Part shown: one piece after another, positions 9,125 through 18,351 of the stretch
How positions within the stretch are numbered: position 1 is the first letter of the stretch
Layout of the letters: the number at the start of each line of letters is the position of its first letter
Assembly (NCBI GenBank): GCA_040768745.1
Contig: JAXGMI010000003.1
Coordinates: 1 to 64,000 of the forward strand
Source of the DNA: Desulfomicrobium sp.
GTDB taxonomy: Bacteria; Desulfobacterota; Desulfovibrionia; Desulfovibrionales; Desulfomicrobiaceae
DNA length: 64,000 bases
Direction of reading: 5' to 3'
Notes under the pieces: model-generated
The model's input: only the letters and a program-made list of their open reading frames with translations
What the model was told of the DNA's origin: nothing
Database searches by the model: none
Translations under genes and position numbers: made by a program

Positions 9125-10000
9125 ATGACCGACCAACCAGACCAACTCCTCCAGGAACGCCGCCGGTCCATCCGACTCCGCAGATCTTCCCTGCTCAAGG
9201 CCAAATTGGACGACATCGACCGGCCGAACATCAAGGTCGCCGAAACCCGGGACGAGTTGTCCCAGTCCTTTGCCCTGGTCTACCGGGAGTACCTCGCCTC
9301 CGGATACATCAAGACCCCCTCCCCGGCCGAAATGCACTTCAGCGTCTTCAACTTTCTGCCAGCCACCTGCGTTTTCATCTACAGAAGCTACCTCACGGTC
9401 ATCTCCACCTTGACCCAGATCTTCGACAGCGAGCTGTTCGGACTGCCCATGGACTCCCTGTATCGCGCGCAACTGGACGAACTGCGCGCCCAGGGCCGCA
9501 GGATCTCCGAGCTTTCCGCCCTGGCCACCCCGAGGGAGGTGCGCTGGTGCAACCTGATGGTCTTTTTGTGCAGGATGATGTTCGAATACTCCAGGATGAA
9601 GAAGATCGACGACATCTGCATCATGGTCAACCCCAAGCACGTCAGTTTCTACAAGACGTTGTTCCTGTTCGAGGACTTCGGCCCGGAGCGATTTTACGGA
9701 GCAGTGGGCGCTCCAGCCGTGGCCCTGCGCATCAACATGGACAGCATCCAGGAGAAAAGCCTGGAGAAATACAGGGATTTCGAAGTGGACGGCAATGTCC
9801 ACGACTTCTTCTGCAAGATAAATTCGACGATGCAGGAACTGCAATCCGGATGGTCCTTCTATGAAAAGAGGCATCCCATGCACCCTGAGGACGCCCGATT
9901 CTTCCTGGAGAGCAAAAAGGACATCCTTGAAAAGCTGACCCCACAGCAGCGGGAATACCTCGCCAACCTCTATCCTTTCCTGGCCCCGACCCGGGCATAG
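9125..10000 (+). CDS. N-acyl amino acid synthase, FeeM-like GNAT (OxzA-like), copy 2
   Basis: Paralog of 8045-8929: ELSQSFALVYREY..SGY, LFGLPMDSLY, ISELSALA, MVNPKHV, GAPAVAL; RBS AAGGAG. Confidence 0.8.
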   Translation: MTDQPDQLLQERRRSIRLRRSSLLKAKLDDIDRPNIKVAETRDELSQSFALVYREYLASGYIKTPSPAEMHFSVFNFLPATCVFIYRSYLTVISTLTQIFDSELFGLPMDSLYRAQLDELRAQGRRISELSALATPREVRWCNLMVFLCRMMFEYSRMKKIDDICIMVNPKHVSFYKTLFLFEDFGPERFYGAVGAPAVALRINMDSIQEKSLEKYRDFEVDGNVHDFFCKINSTMQELQSGWSFYEKRHPMHPEDARFFLESKKDILEKLTPQQREYLANLYPFLAPTRA

Positions 10001-10021
10001 CCGTTGTCCTGAGCAGAACAC

Positions 10022-12301
10022 ATGCGACACATCATCAGCCTCATCACCGGCTATCCACTCGCGTCCCTGATCCTGGCCCTGGCCCTGGCCGCGCCCTTTC
10101 TGGCCCAGCTGCCGGGCGTGCGGACCGTGGACAACGTGGACTACTTCACCGTGGAAGACGACCCGGATGTCGCCTTCTATGATTCCATCAAAGCAACCTT
10201 CGGAAACGATGAGTTCTTCGCCGTCGTCTTCACCAGCCCCAAGCTCTTCACGCCCGGCCTGTTGCGCATGGTTGCGGACCTCACCGCTGATCTCGAGTCC
10301 ATTCCCGAAGTCCGCAAGGTGCAGAGTCTGGCCAACGTGGACTACATTCTCGGCTCCGCAGAGTATTTCGAGGTGCGCCCCTTTCTGGAAAAGATCCCCG
10401 ACGATCCCGAGGCGTTGGGCATCCTCAGGGACCAGGCCCTGGGCAACCCCCTGTACGTGAGCAACCTCATCTCAAGGGACGGGCAGACCACGGCCATCGT
10501 GGTCTTCCCTAAATCCCACGACTCTTCCGACGGCACATTCCGCCAGCGCCTCCTGGAACAGACCAACAAGATGCTGCGAAACCACCAGGGGGTGGTGGAC
10601 AAATTCCACCTGGCCGGCTGGACCGTGACCAACTTCAGTCTCAGCCAGTACATGAAATCGGACGTGGCCACCTTCATTCCGGTCACCTATCTGTTCATCG
10701 CCGCAACCATCTGGCTGGCTTTCCGCAACCTGCGTCTGACAGCCCTGGCCATCGCCAACGTGTCCGCATGCACAGGCGCCACCATGGGCCTCTTCCCCCT
10801 GCTCGGCATCACCCTGAACAACGTGACCACCATCGTACCACCGCTGATCATGGCGTTGTCTTTGACTGACACGGTGCACATCCTTTCCCATCTGGACAAG
10901 GGACTGCTGGTCAAGCACGGGTCCCCAGCCAAGGCCCTGGACGCGGTCCTGCAGCGCGTCCTGGTCCCCTGTTTCCTGACCAGCCTGACTACGGCCGTGG
11001 GTTTCATCTCCCTGGTCACCAGCGACATCCCGCCCATCAAGGAGTTCGGCTACGTGGCCTCGGCCGGCATGGTCTTCGAATTCGTCTTCTCCTTCCTGCT
11101 CCTCCCCCCCATGCTGCTGTTGCTCTGCCCGGCACAGAAGATCTTCACCCATCACCGCCAGGACCTGGGGGTCAGCTCGTGGCTGGAACGACTCTTCCAT
11201 TTCGTCCGGGCCCACGCCCGAACCCTGTTTGTCGCCTTCATGCTCCTGCAAGGGATCGCGCTGTGGCTCGCCTCCACCATCCAGGTGGAAACCAACCTTC
11301 TGGAATACTTCAAACCCTCCAGCCCCCTGCGGCAGGAACTCAAGTACGTGGAGTCCACCCTGAGCGGGGTGGGCACTCTGGACATCTCCCTCAAGGCCAC
11401 GGAACGCGACGCCTTCAAGGATCCGGCCAACCTGGCCGTGCTGGAACGCATCCAAAGCTTCGCCGAAACGCTCCCCGGCGTGGACAGGAGCATGTCCTTT
11501 GTGGACTTTCTGAAAGACATGCACATGTCCTTCCACGACGAAAACCCGCAATTTTACCATATTCCGGACAGCCGGGAACTGGTCTCCCAGTACCTGCTGC
11601 TCTACGACTCCGACGACATCGCGGAGCTCATCACCACGGAGTACGACCACGCCCGCATCCTGCTGCGCATTTCCGAGTACGGCTCTGCGGGTCAGGCCGG
11701 AATCATCGCCGCCCTGCGGGACTTCATCGACAGCACGGAACAACGTGGACTGGACATCCGGGTCACTGGCCGGGCCGTGCAGGACGTGAACATCATCGAC
11801 GCCCTGGTCCAGGGGCAGGTGGAAAGTTTGGCCACGGCCGCGGGAATAATCACGGTGATCATGTTCTTTGCCATGCGCTCCCTGTCCATCGGCTTCCTGA
11901 GCCTCATTCCGAACGTCTTCCCCATCGCCCTGAACTTCGGAATCATGGGCGCCCTGGGCATCCCCCTGAACACCTCCACGGCGCTCATTTCCGCTGTGGC
12001 CCTGGGCATCGCCGTGGACGACACCATCCACTTCCTGACCGAATACAGGCTCAGCCGTGCCGACGGCCTCGCAATCCCGGAAGCCATACATCGCAGCATT
12101 CGGGAAAAGGGCATAGGCATCTGTGCCTCCTCGGTGATCCTGGTTGCTGGATTCGGCGTGCTTACCCTCAGCAGCTTCGTGCCCACCTTGACCTTCGGAG
12201 GGTTGAGCTCGGTGATCATGATCACGGCCTGGATCGGAGACATGATCCTGCTCCCGGCCGCCATGCTCGCCTTCCAGCGCAACAGGGCGCAAGCCCGCTG
12301 A
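10022..12301 (+). CDS. MMPL/RND family lipid exporter
   Basis: 759 aa with two repeats of TM, large periplasmic loop, 5 TM; LSLTDTVHIL and GIAVDDTIHFL signatures. Confidence 0.9.
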   Translation: MRHIISLITGYPLASLILALALAAPFLAQLPGVRTVDNVDYFTVEDDPDVAFYDSIKATFGNDEFFAVVFTSPKLFTPGLLRMVADLTADLESIPEVRKVQSLANVDYILGSAEYFEVRPFLEKIPDDPEALGILRDQALGNPLYVSNLISRDGQTTAIVVFPKSHDSSDGTFRQRLLEQTNKMLRNHQGVVDKFHLAGWTVTNFSLSQYMKSDVATFIPVTYLFIAATIWLAFRNLRLTALAIANVSACTGATMGLFPLLGITLNNVTTIVPPLIMALSLTDTVHILSHLDKGLLVKHGSPAKALDAVLQRVLVPCFLTSLTTAVGFISLVTSDIPPIKEFGYVASAGMVFEFVFSFLLLPPMLLLLCPAQKIFTHHRQDLGVSSWLERLFHFVRAHARTLFVAFMLLQGIALWLASTIQVETNLLEYFKPSSPLRQELKYVESTLSGVGTLDISLKATERDAFKDPANLAVLERIQSFAETLPGVDRSMSFVDFLKDMHMSFHDENPQFYHIPDSRELVSQYLLLYDSDDIAELITTEYDHARILLRISEYGSAGQAGIIAALRDFIDSTEQRGLDIRVTGRAVQDVNIIDALVQGQVESLATAAGIITVIMFFAMRSLSIGFLSLIPNVFPIALNFGIMGALGIPLNTSTALISAVALGIAVDDTIHFLTEYRLSRADGLAIPEAIHRSIREKGIGICASSVILVAGFGVLTLSSFVPTLTFGGLSSVIMITAWIGDMILLPAAMLAFQRNRAQAR

Positions 12302-12402
12302 AAAGGGCACAGAGAGTGGCAACCTGATCCTCCCCCACATCAACCAGGGGCATGACGCCGCGCCTTCCGGGCTTCTCCCCATGAACACGACAAGGACTTG
12401 CC

Positions 12403-14439
12403 ATGGGACGCGATGAACATCTGGCCACGTTGCAGACCCTGGGGCTTTCCACCCCATCCGCCTACCGGGACGCCGCCTTTTCCCGCAACATCGGCCTGCT
12501 CTCCCCCGGGGAGCAGGAACGCCTGGCCCGGGCCAGGGTGGCCATCCCCGGCATGGGCGGGGTGGGCGGGGTGCACCTCATCAATCTCGTGCGCACGGGC
12601 ATCGGTTGCTTCAGCCTGGCTGACTTCGACCGTTTCGACCCGGTCAACGTCAACCGCCAGTTCGGCGCCAGGGTGCCCGCATTCGGCCGGCCCAAGCTGG
12701 AGGTCATGATCGAGGAGGCCCTGAGCATCAATCCCTTCCTGGACATCGCCCCCTACCCCGCCGGCCTGACCCCCCAGAACCTGGAAGTCTTCCTGACCGG
12801 CGTGGACGTGGTCCTGGACGGGCTGGACTTCTTCCAGTTCGACATCCGCCGGGCCCTGTTCAACACGGCCCGGGCCATGGGCATACCGGTGATCACGGCC
12901 GGGCCCCTGGGCTACAGCTCGGCCTTGCTGGTCTTCAGCCCCCAGGGCATGGGGTTCGACCAGTACTTTGACATCAGCGACGGCATGGCGGACGAACAGA
13001 AATACCTGCGCTTCGCCATGGGCCTGGCGCCCAGGCCGACGCACATCAGATACATGGACCTGACCAGGGTGGACCTCAAAGGGGGCAAGGGGCCGTCCCT
13101 GAACATCGCCTGCCAGCTCTGCTCGTCCCTGGCCGCCACCGAGGCCGTGCGCATCATCCTGGGCAAGCCGGGACTCGAACCCGTGCCGCACTTCACCCAG
13201 TTCGATCCCTTCCTCAAAATCTATCGTCAGGGATGCCTGCGCCGGGGAAACCGCTCCCTGGTCCAGCGGGCCAAGCTCTGGTACGTGCAGAACGTTCTCC
13301 TCAAGTCCGCGGCCAAGGCCAGGGTCGACGCCGCAGAGCCGCCCCGGATCGCGGCAGCAGAGTTGCGAGGCCTGCCCGAGGCCGCAGCGGACTATCTGCT
13401 GTGCGCCGCCGTCCAGGCCCCTTCCGGGGACAATGTCCAGCCATGGGGATTCAGGACCACGGACAGCTCCGTGGACCTGCTCCTGAACCCCGACGTGGAC
13501 ACGTCCTTCTTCAACGTCCGCCAGGTCGCGTCCATCATCTCCTGCGGGGCTGCCATGGAAAACATCCGTTTGGCCTCCCTGACCCTGGGCATGGACGCCG
13601 CCGTCGACCTGCTGCCCGATCCCGGGCAGCACAACCTCATGGCCAGGTTCCGCCTGCAGCCGGGAAGCCCCGATCCCGACCCCCTGGCCCAGCACATCTG
13701 GACTCGCTGCACCAACCGCCGCCCCTACTCCAGATTGCCGATCCCGGAATGGGTACAGGCCGACCTCCAAGACCGCATCCAGGAAGTTCCCGAAGCCCAG
13801 CTGCACCTGCTGGCCGACAGGCCGCAGCTCCGGAAGCTGGCCAGGCTGGTCTACATGGCCGACCGGATCCGCACCGAACACCGGGGGCTGCACGAACATC
13901 TCAACTCCATGATCCGCTTCAGCGACATGGAGGCCCGCAAAACCAGGGATGGATTCCCCCTCGGGAACCTGGAGGCAGGACCCGCCGGAGAGGTGTTCCT
14001 GCGCCTGACCAGGCCATGGCCGGTCATGCGCGCCGTGAATGCCGTGGGGTTGGGGCGGATGGTGGCCATGCATTCGGCCCAGGGCATCCTGGCCAGCGGC
14101 GCGGCCGGAATGGTCGTCGTGTCCGGGCTGGAGCCCCGGGACTTCCTGCGCGGAGGACAGGCCCTGCAACGGGTCTGGCTGGCCCTGACCCACCACGGAC
14201 TCCAGATGCAGCCCATGGCCGCCATACCCCTGTTCTGGCTGCGTTGGCTGTGGGAGGGGCCCCAAAGCTTCTCGCCGGGCCATCAGAAATTGCTGGAAAA
14301 GGTGTGGAGCGGGTTCAAGGCGCTGTTCCCCGGTGCGGACTTCAGAACCCAGGGACTGGTCATGCTCTTCCGCACCGGCTACGGCCCGGGCATACGCCAC
14401 CGCACCCTGCGCAGGGAAGTTCCCGATTTCATGAGGTAG
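12403..14439 (+). CDS. ThiF adenylyltransferase-nitroreductase di-domain enzyme (OxzB-like)
   Basis: N-terminal FSRNIG...VAIPGMGGVG, DFDRFDPVNVNRQ (ThiF/E1 ATP site); C-terminal APSGDNVQPWGF, RCTNRRPY, GQALQRVWLALT (FMN nitroreductase fold). Confidence 0.85.
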   Translation: MGRDEHLATLQTLGLSTPSAYRDAAFSRNIGLLSPGEQERLARARVAIPGMGGVGGVHLINLVRTGIGCFSLADFDRFDPVNVNRQFGARVPAFGRPKLEVMIEEALSINPFLDIAPYPAGLTPQNLEVFLTGVDVVLDGLDFFQFDIRRALFNTARAMGIPVITAGPLGYSSALLVFSPQGMGFDQYFDISDGMADEQKYLRFAMGLAPRPTHIRYMDLTRVDLKGGKGPSLNIACQLCSSLAATEAVRIILGKPGLEPVPHFTQFDPFLKIYRQGCLRRGNRSLVQRAKLWYVQNVLLKSAAKARVDAAEPPRIAAAELRGLPEAAADYLLCAAVQAPSGDNVQPWGFRTTDSSVDLLLNPDVDTSFFNVRQVASIISCGAAMENIRLASLTLGMDAAVDLLPDPGQHNLMARFRLQPGSPDPDPLAQHIWTRCTNRRPYSRLPIPEWVQADLQDRIQEVPEAQLHLLADRPQLRKLARLVYMADRIRTEHRGLHEHLNSMIRFSDMEARKTRDGFPLGNLEAGPAGEVFLRLTRPWPVMRAVNAVGLGRMVAMHSAQGILASGAAGMVVVSGLEPRDFLRGGQALQRVWLALTHHGLQMQPMAAIPLFWLRWLWEGPQSFSPGHQKLLEKVWSGFKALFPGADFRTQGLVMLFRTGYGPGIRHRTLRREVPDFMR

Positions 14440-14568
14440 GAGACGGGTCAGAAACAGAAACGCACGAAACACATCGCGGCCTTCGTGCTGGCGGACTGGC
14501 CGGGAACATCCCGCTCGGCGCAATCAAATCAGGGTTTTTTTCATGTCCTTCCGGTTCAGGCTGAAACG

Positions 14569-14883
14569 TCAGGCCAGGGCTATCCCGCCCCAGATCACGC
14601 CAGCGACAACCCCGAAATTGAAGGCAAAAACCCAGCGTGTCCCGGTATGGTGGATCCGGTACACGGACACGGCCAGGGCAGCTATCCCGATGACCGTCAC
14701 CACGGCCCAGCCCAGACTGGCTCCGCCCCATTCCAGGATGGCTTTGGCCGCATAGACCTGCCCATAGCCCAGCAGCATGCCGTGGGCCACGGAGACGACG
14801 CCGAACTGGCTGAACAGGTCGTCCAGGGCCTGCATGGCTTGGCAGACAAGGATGGCGGCAACGGCCAGCATGAGTTCCTTCAT
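14569..14883 (-). CDS. Small hypothetical membrane protein
   Basis: About 104-aa ORF with several hydrophobic segments. Confidence 0.5.
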   Translation of the reverse strand: MKELMLAVAAILVCQAMQALDDLFSQFGVVSVAHGMLLGYGQVYAAKAILEWGGASLGWAVVTVIGIAALAVSVYRIHHTGTRWVFAFNFGVVAGVIWGGIALA

Positions 14884-15062
14884 TGAATCCCTTATCTCAC
14901 AGAGAGCCGATGCTGCGCAAGACGCGTCTCGTTCCACCGGGGCTGTGTGTCGTAAAACGTTTCACGCGGCCAAACTTCTCCAGTGTCCAGCACCCCTTTT
15001 TTCCCGTTCATCCTGAGCAGCGAGCACCGCGAGCATGTCGAAGGATGTCCCCGGAGCGCCCA

Positions 15063-17234
15063 TCACGGGTTTTCGGCCCCCAGCCGCACATCCAGGGCCG
15101 TGTTGCGCTGGCGACCCCGCTCGTTGGCCAGCCCCATGCGCAGGGCCCGGCGCGAGCCCACCAGCACAGCCAACCTGCGGGCCCGGGTCAGGCCGGTGTA
15201 GATCAGGTTCCGTTGCAGGAGCATGTAGTGTTGGGTGACCACGGGCATGACCACGGCCGGGTATTCGCTGCCCTGGCTCTTGTGCACGCTGATGGCGTAG
15301 GCCAGCCCGATCTCGTCCAGCTCGTCGAACCCGTACTCCACCTCCCGACCGTCGAACTCGGCCAGCAAGACCTCGTCCTCCAGGTCAAAACTTGTGATCC
15401 GGCCCAGGTCGCCGTTGAAGACGTCCTTGTCGTAGTTGTTGCGCAGCTGCAGGACGCGGTCCCCGCACCGGAAGGCGCGCTGGCCACGGACCAGCTCTTG
15501 GCCGGCGGGGTTGAGGCGCTCCTGCAGGGCCTGGTTCAGGACGATGGTGCCCACCTCGCCGCGGTGCATGGGGGTCAGGACCTGCACGTCCTGCATGGGG
15601 TCCAGGCCATAGGCCTCGGGGATGCGCTCGCAGACCATGCGCAGGACCAGGGCCTGCACCTCAGCGAGGTCCTCCTTCTCCACCCAGAAGAAATCGGCCC
15701 GTGGCGGCGGGTGCGGGCTGGCCAGCGGAAACTCGCCCTGGTTGATGCGGTGGGCGTTGACCACGATCATGCTCTCCCGGGCCTGCCGGAATATCTGGTG
15801 CAGACGCACGGCCGGAATGCGCCCGCTCTCCAGCATGTCGCCCAGCACGTTGCCCGCGCCCACGGACGGAAGCTGGTTCTCGTCCCCCACGAAAACCAGC
15901 CGGCAGGTCAGGGGCAGGGCCCGCAGAAGGCTCAGGCACAGTCCGCAGTCGAGCATGGAGACCTCGTCCACGACCACCACGTCGGCTGGCAGCTTCTTGT
16001 CCTCGTTGAACTCGAAGCCCGCTCCCTGCTGGTACTTGAGCAGGCGGTGCAGGGTGGTGGCCGTGAACCCCGTGGCCTCGGACAGGCGCTTGGCCGCCCG
16101 GCCCGTGGGCGCGGCCAGGGCGATGCGCAGGCCCAGGGCCTTCAGGGCCCGGACCACGACCCGGGTGATGGTCGTCTTGCCCGTGCCCGGCCCGCCGGTG
16201 ATGATGGCCACCTTGTGGGCGCACGCCGATTCCACGGCCTCGCGCTGCTCCGGGGAAAGCCGCAGGTCCAGGCGCTCCTCCTCGCGCTGGACCGCAGAGG
16301 CGATCCTGGCCGGGTCCAGGCGGGAGACATGTTCCAGCAGCCCCTGCAGGCGGGAGGCTATCTCGCGCTCGGCGCGGTAGAAATAGGACAGGTACACGGC
16401 CGAGGACACATGTTTCTGCGGGATGTCCTCCACCACCAGGCGCTTCTGCTCCACCAGGGCCCCGACCCGCTCCTCCACGAGCCCCGGGTCGTGGCAGCCC
16501 AGCAGCCTGGCCGCCTCCTCCACCAGGTTGACCCGGGGCAAAAACATGTGCCCGGCGCCCTCGGCCGTCTGGCGCAGGCAGTATTCCACCCCGGCCTCCA
16601 GGCGCTGGGGCGCGTCCGCGGCGAACCCGAGCTTCACGGCCATCTCGTCGGCCGTGCGGAAGCCGATGCCGTGGATGTCGTAGGCCAGGTCGTAGGGGTT
16701 CTGGCGCAGCTTCTGCACGGCGTTGATCCCGTAGTGGCGGAAGATGCGGTGGGCGAAGGTCGTGGCCACGCCGTGGGTCTGCAGAAAGAGCATCAGCCCG
16801 CGCACCTGGCGCTTCTCCTGCCAGGAGGACAGGACGGTCTTGAGCTTGGCCGGACCGATGCCCTCGACCTCCAGCAGGCGGTCAGGGTCGGCGTCGAGGA
16901 TGTCCAGCACCTGGCTGCCGAACCGGACGATGAGGCGTTCGGCCAGCTTCTCGCCGATGCCCTTGACCGCCCCGGACTCCAGAAAGCGGCGGATCCCGTT
17001 CAGGCTGGCCGGCAGGACGTGCTCGCAGGCCTCGGCCTTGAACTGGCGGCCGAACTTGGGGTGCTCGATCCACTCCCCGTTCAGGCGCAGGGACTCGCCC
17101 GGGGCCACGTCGCCGAGCACGCCCACGACCGTCACCTGCCCGGGCTCGGACGGGGTCTGCAGGCGGGCGATGGCGTAGCCGTTCTCAGGGTTGTGGTAGA
17201 TGACGGTGACGAGTTCACCGTGGATGGTGGGCAT
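15063..17234 (-). CDS. recD2: ATP-dependent RecD-like helicase RecD2
   Basis: N-terminal YHNPENGY...HPKFGRQF, HhH repeats, Walker A GGPGTGKT, DEVSM, YAISVHKSQGSEY. Confidence 0.93.
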   Translation of the reverse strand: MPTIHGELVTVIYHNPENGYAIARLQTPSEPGQVTVVGVLGDVAPGESLRLNGEWIEHPKFGRQFKAEACEHVLPASLNGIRRFLESGAVKGIGEKLAERLIVRFGSQVLDILDADPDRLLEVEGIGPAKLKTVLSSWQEKRQVRGLMLFLQTHGVATTFAHRIFRHYGINAVQKLRQNPYDLAYDIHGIGFRTADEMAVKLGFAADAPQRLEAGVEYCLRQTAEGAGHMFLPRVNLVEEAARLLGCHDPGLVEERVGALVEQKRLVVEDIPQKHVSSAVYLSYFYRAEREIASRLQGLLEHVSRLDPARIASAVQREEERLDLRLSPEQREAVESACAHKVAIITGGPGTGKTTITRVVVRALKALGLRIALAAPTGRAAKRLSEATGFTATTLHRLLKYQQGAGFEFNEDKKLPADVVVVDEVSMLDCGLCLSLLRALPLTCRLVFVGDENQLPSVGAGNVLGDMLESGRIPAVRLHQIFRQARESMIVVNAHRINQGEFPLASPHPPPRADFFWVEKEDLAEVQALVLRMVCERIPEAYGLDPMQDVQVLTPMHRGEVGTIVLNQALQERLNPAGQELVRGQRAFRCGDRVLQLRNNYDKDVFNGDLGRITSFDLEDEVLLAEFDGREVEYGFDELDEIGLAYAISVHKSQGSEYPAVVMPVVTQHYMLLQRNLIYTGLTRARRLAVLVGSRRALRMGLANERGRQRNTALDVRLGAENP

Positions 17235-17434
17235 GGGGGAGCGCTCTCATGGGCTGCTCGGAATTTGCAAGGGTGTTGCCTGAGGACGTTCCATCCCCCT
17301 GCCGGCTGGATTTTCGTGCAGGCCTGCCCTCCCCTGCGGGATGGGCCGGCCTCTCGGCCGTGAACCGCCCGGGGCCGCCCGGACCGGGAGCATCGTTGCA
17401 CGGCCGCTTCAGCATGGCAGGGTCCGGGCACCCC

Positions 17435-18040
17435 CTACAGGGTCTGGCGGAATTTCAGGGACTGTTTGAGCGTCTCGCGGTCCACGTACTTGATCTCCGC
17501 CCCCAGCGGGATGCCCTGGGCCAGGCGGGTCACGGCCACGGCAGGGAAGTCCCGGCCCACCAGGGCGTGCACGTAGGAGCTGGTGGCCTCGGCCTCCATG
17601 GTGGAACCCAGGGCCAGGATGACCTCGTGCACCTGCCCTTCGCGCAGGATGGAATTCAGCCGGGGCATCTCCAGGGCCTGGGCGTCCACCCCGTCCAGGG
17701 GGGACAGGAGCCCGCCCAGGATCAGGTAGCGGCCCTGGTAGAACCCGGCCTCCTCCATGACCATGAGGCTGTCCCATTCCGAGACCAGGCAGAGCTGGTC
17801 AACCCTGCGCTTGGGGTCCGCGCAGATATGGCAGGGGTCCGCGTCGGCCAGGCCGCAACAGCGCGAGCAGATGTGCAGGGCGTCGCGCAGGCCCTCAATG
17901 TTCCGGCCCAGGGCTCGCACGGACTCGGGCGGCCACTTGAGCAGGGTCAGGGCCATGCGCAGGGCGCTTTTGGGCCCCACCCCGGGCAGGGCCGAAAACT
18001 GATCCACGATCTTTTGCAACGGGGCTGGCAGGCGCTGCAC
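17435..18040 (-). CDS. recR: Recombination mediator RecR
   Basis: LPGVGPKSALR HhH, C4 zinc finger, Toprim region, RLAQGIPLG. Confidence 0.96.
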   Translation of the reverse strand: MQRLPAPLQKIVDQFSALPGVGPKSALRMALTLLKWPPESVRALGRNIEGLRDALHICSRCCGLADADPCHICADPKRRVDQLCLVSEWDSLMVMEEAGFYQGRYLILGGLLSPLDGVDAQALEMPRLNSILREGQVHEVILALGSTMEAEATSSYVHALVGRDFPAVAVTRLAQGIPLGAEIKYVDRETLKQSLKFRQTL

Positions 18041-18048
18041 AGGGGCTC

Positions 18049-18351
18049 CTAGAACAGGCCCGGGATCTTCATGCCGCCGGTCAGCTGGCTCATCTCCGCC
18101 TGCATCATGTCCTTGCCTTTCTTCAGGGCCTCGTTCACCGCGGACAGGATCAGGTCCTGGAGCATGTCCACATCCCCGCTCTCCATGACCGCGGGGTCGA
18201 TCCGCACGGCCAGGACTTCGCCGGAGCAGTTGGCCTTGACCGCGACCATGCCCCCGCCGACGCTGGCCTCCACTTCCTTCTTGCCCATCTCCTCCTGGGT
18301 CTTGAGCATTTTCTTCTGCATGAGCTGGGCCTGTCTGATCAGTTCATTCAT
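18049..18351 (-). CDS. ybaB: YbaB/EbfC nucleoid-associated protein
   Basis: QAQLMQKKM...GGGMV...MLQDLILSAVNEA; lies between dnaX and recR. Confidence 0.95.
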   Translation of the reverse strand: MNELIRQAQLMQKKMLKTQEEMGKKEVEASVGGGMVAVKANCSGEVLAVRIDPAVMESGDVDMLQDLILSAVNEALKKGKDMMQAEMSQLTGGMKIPGLF

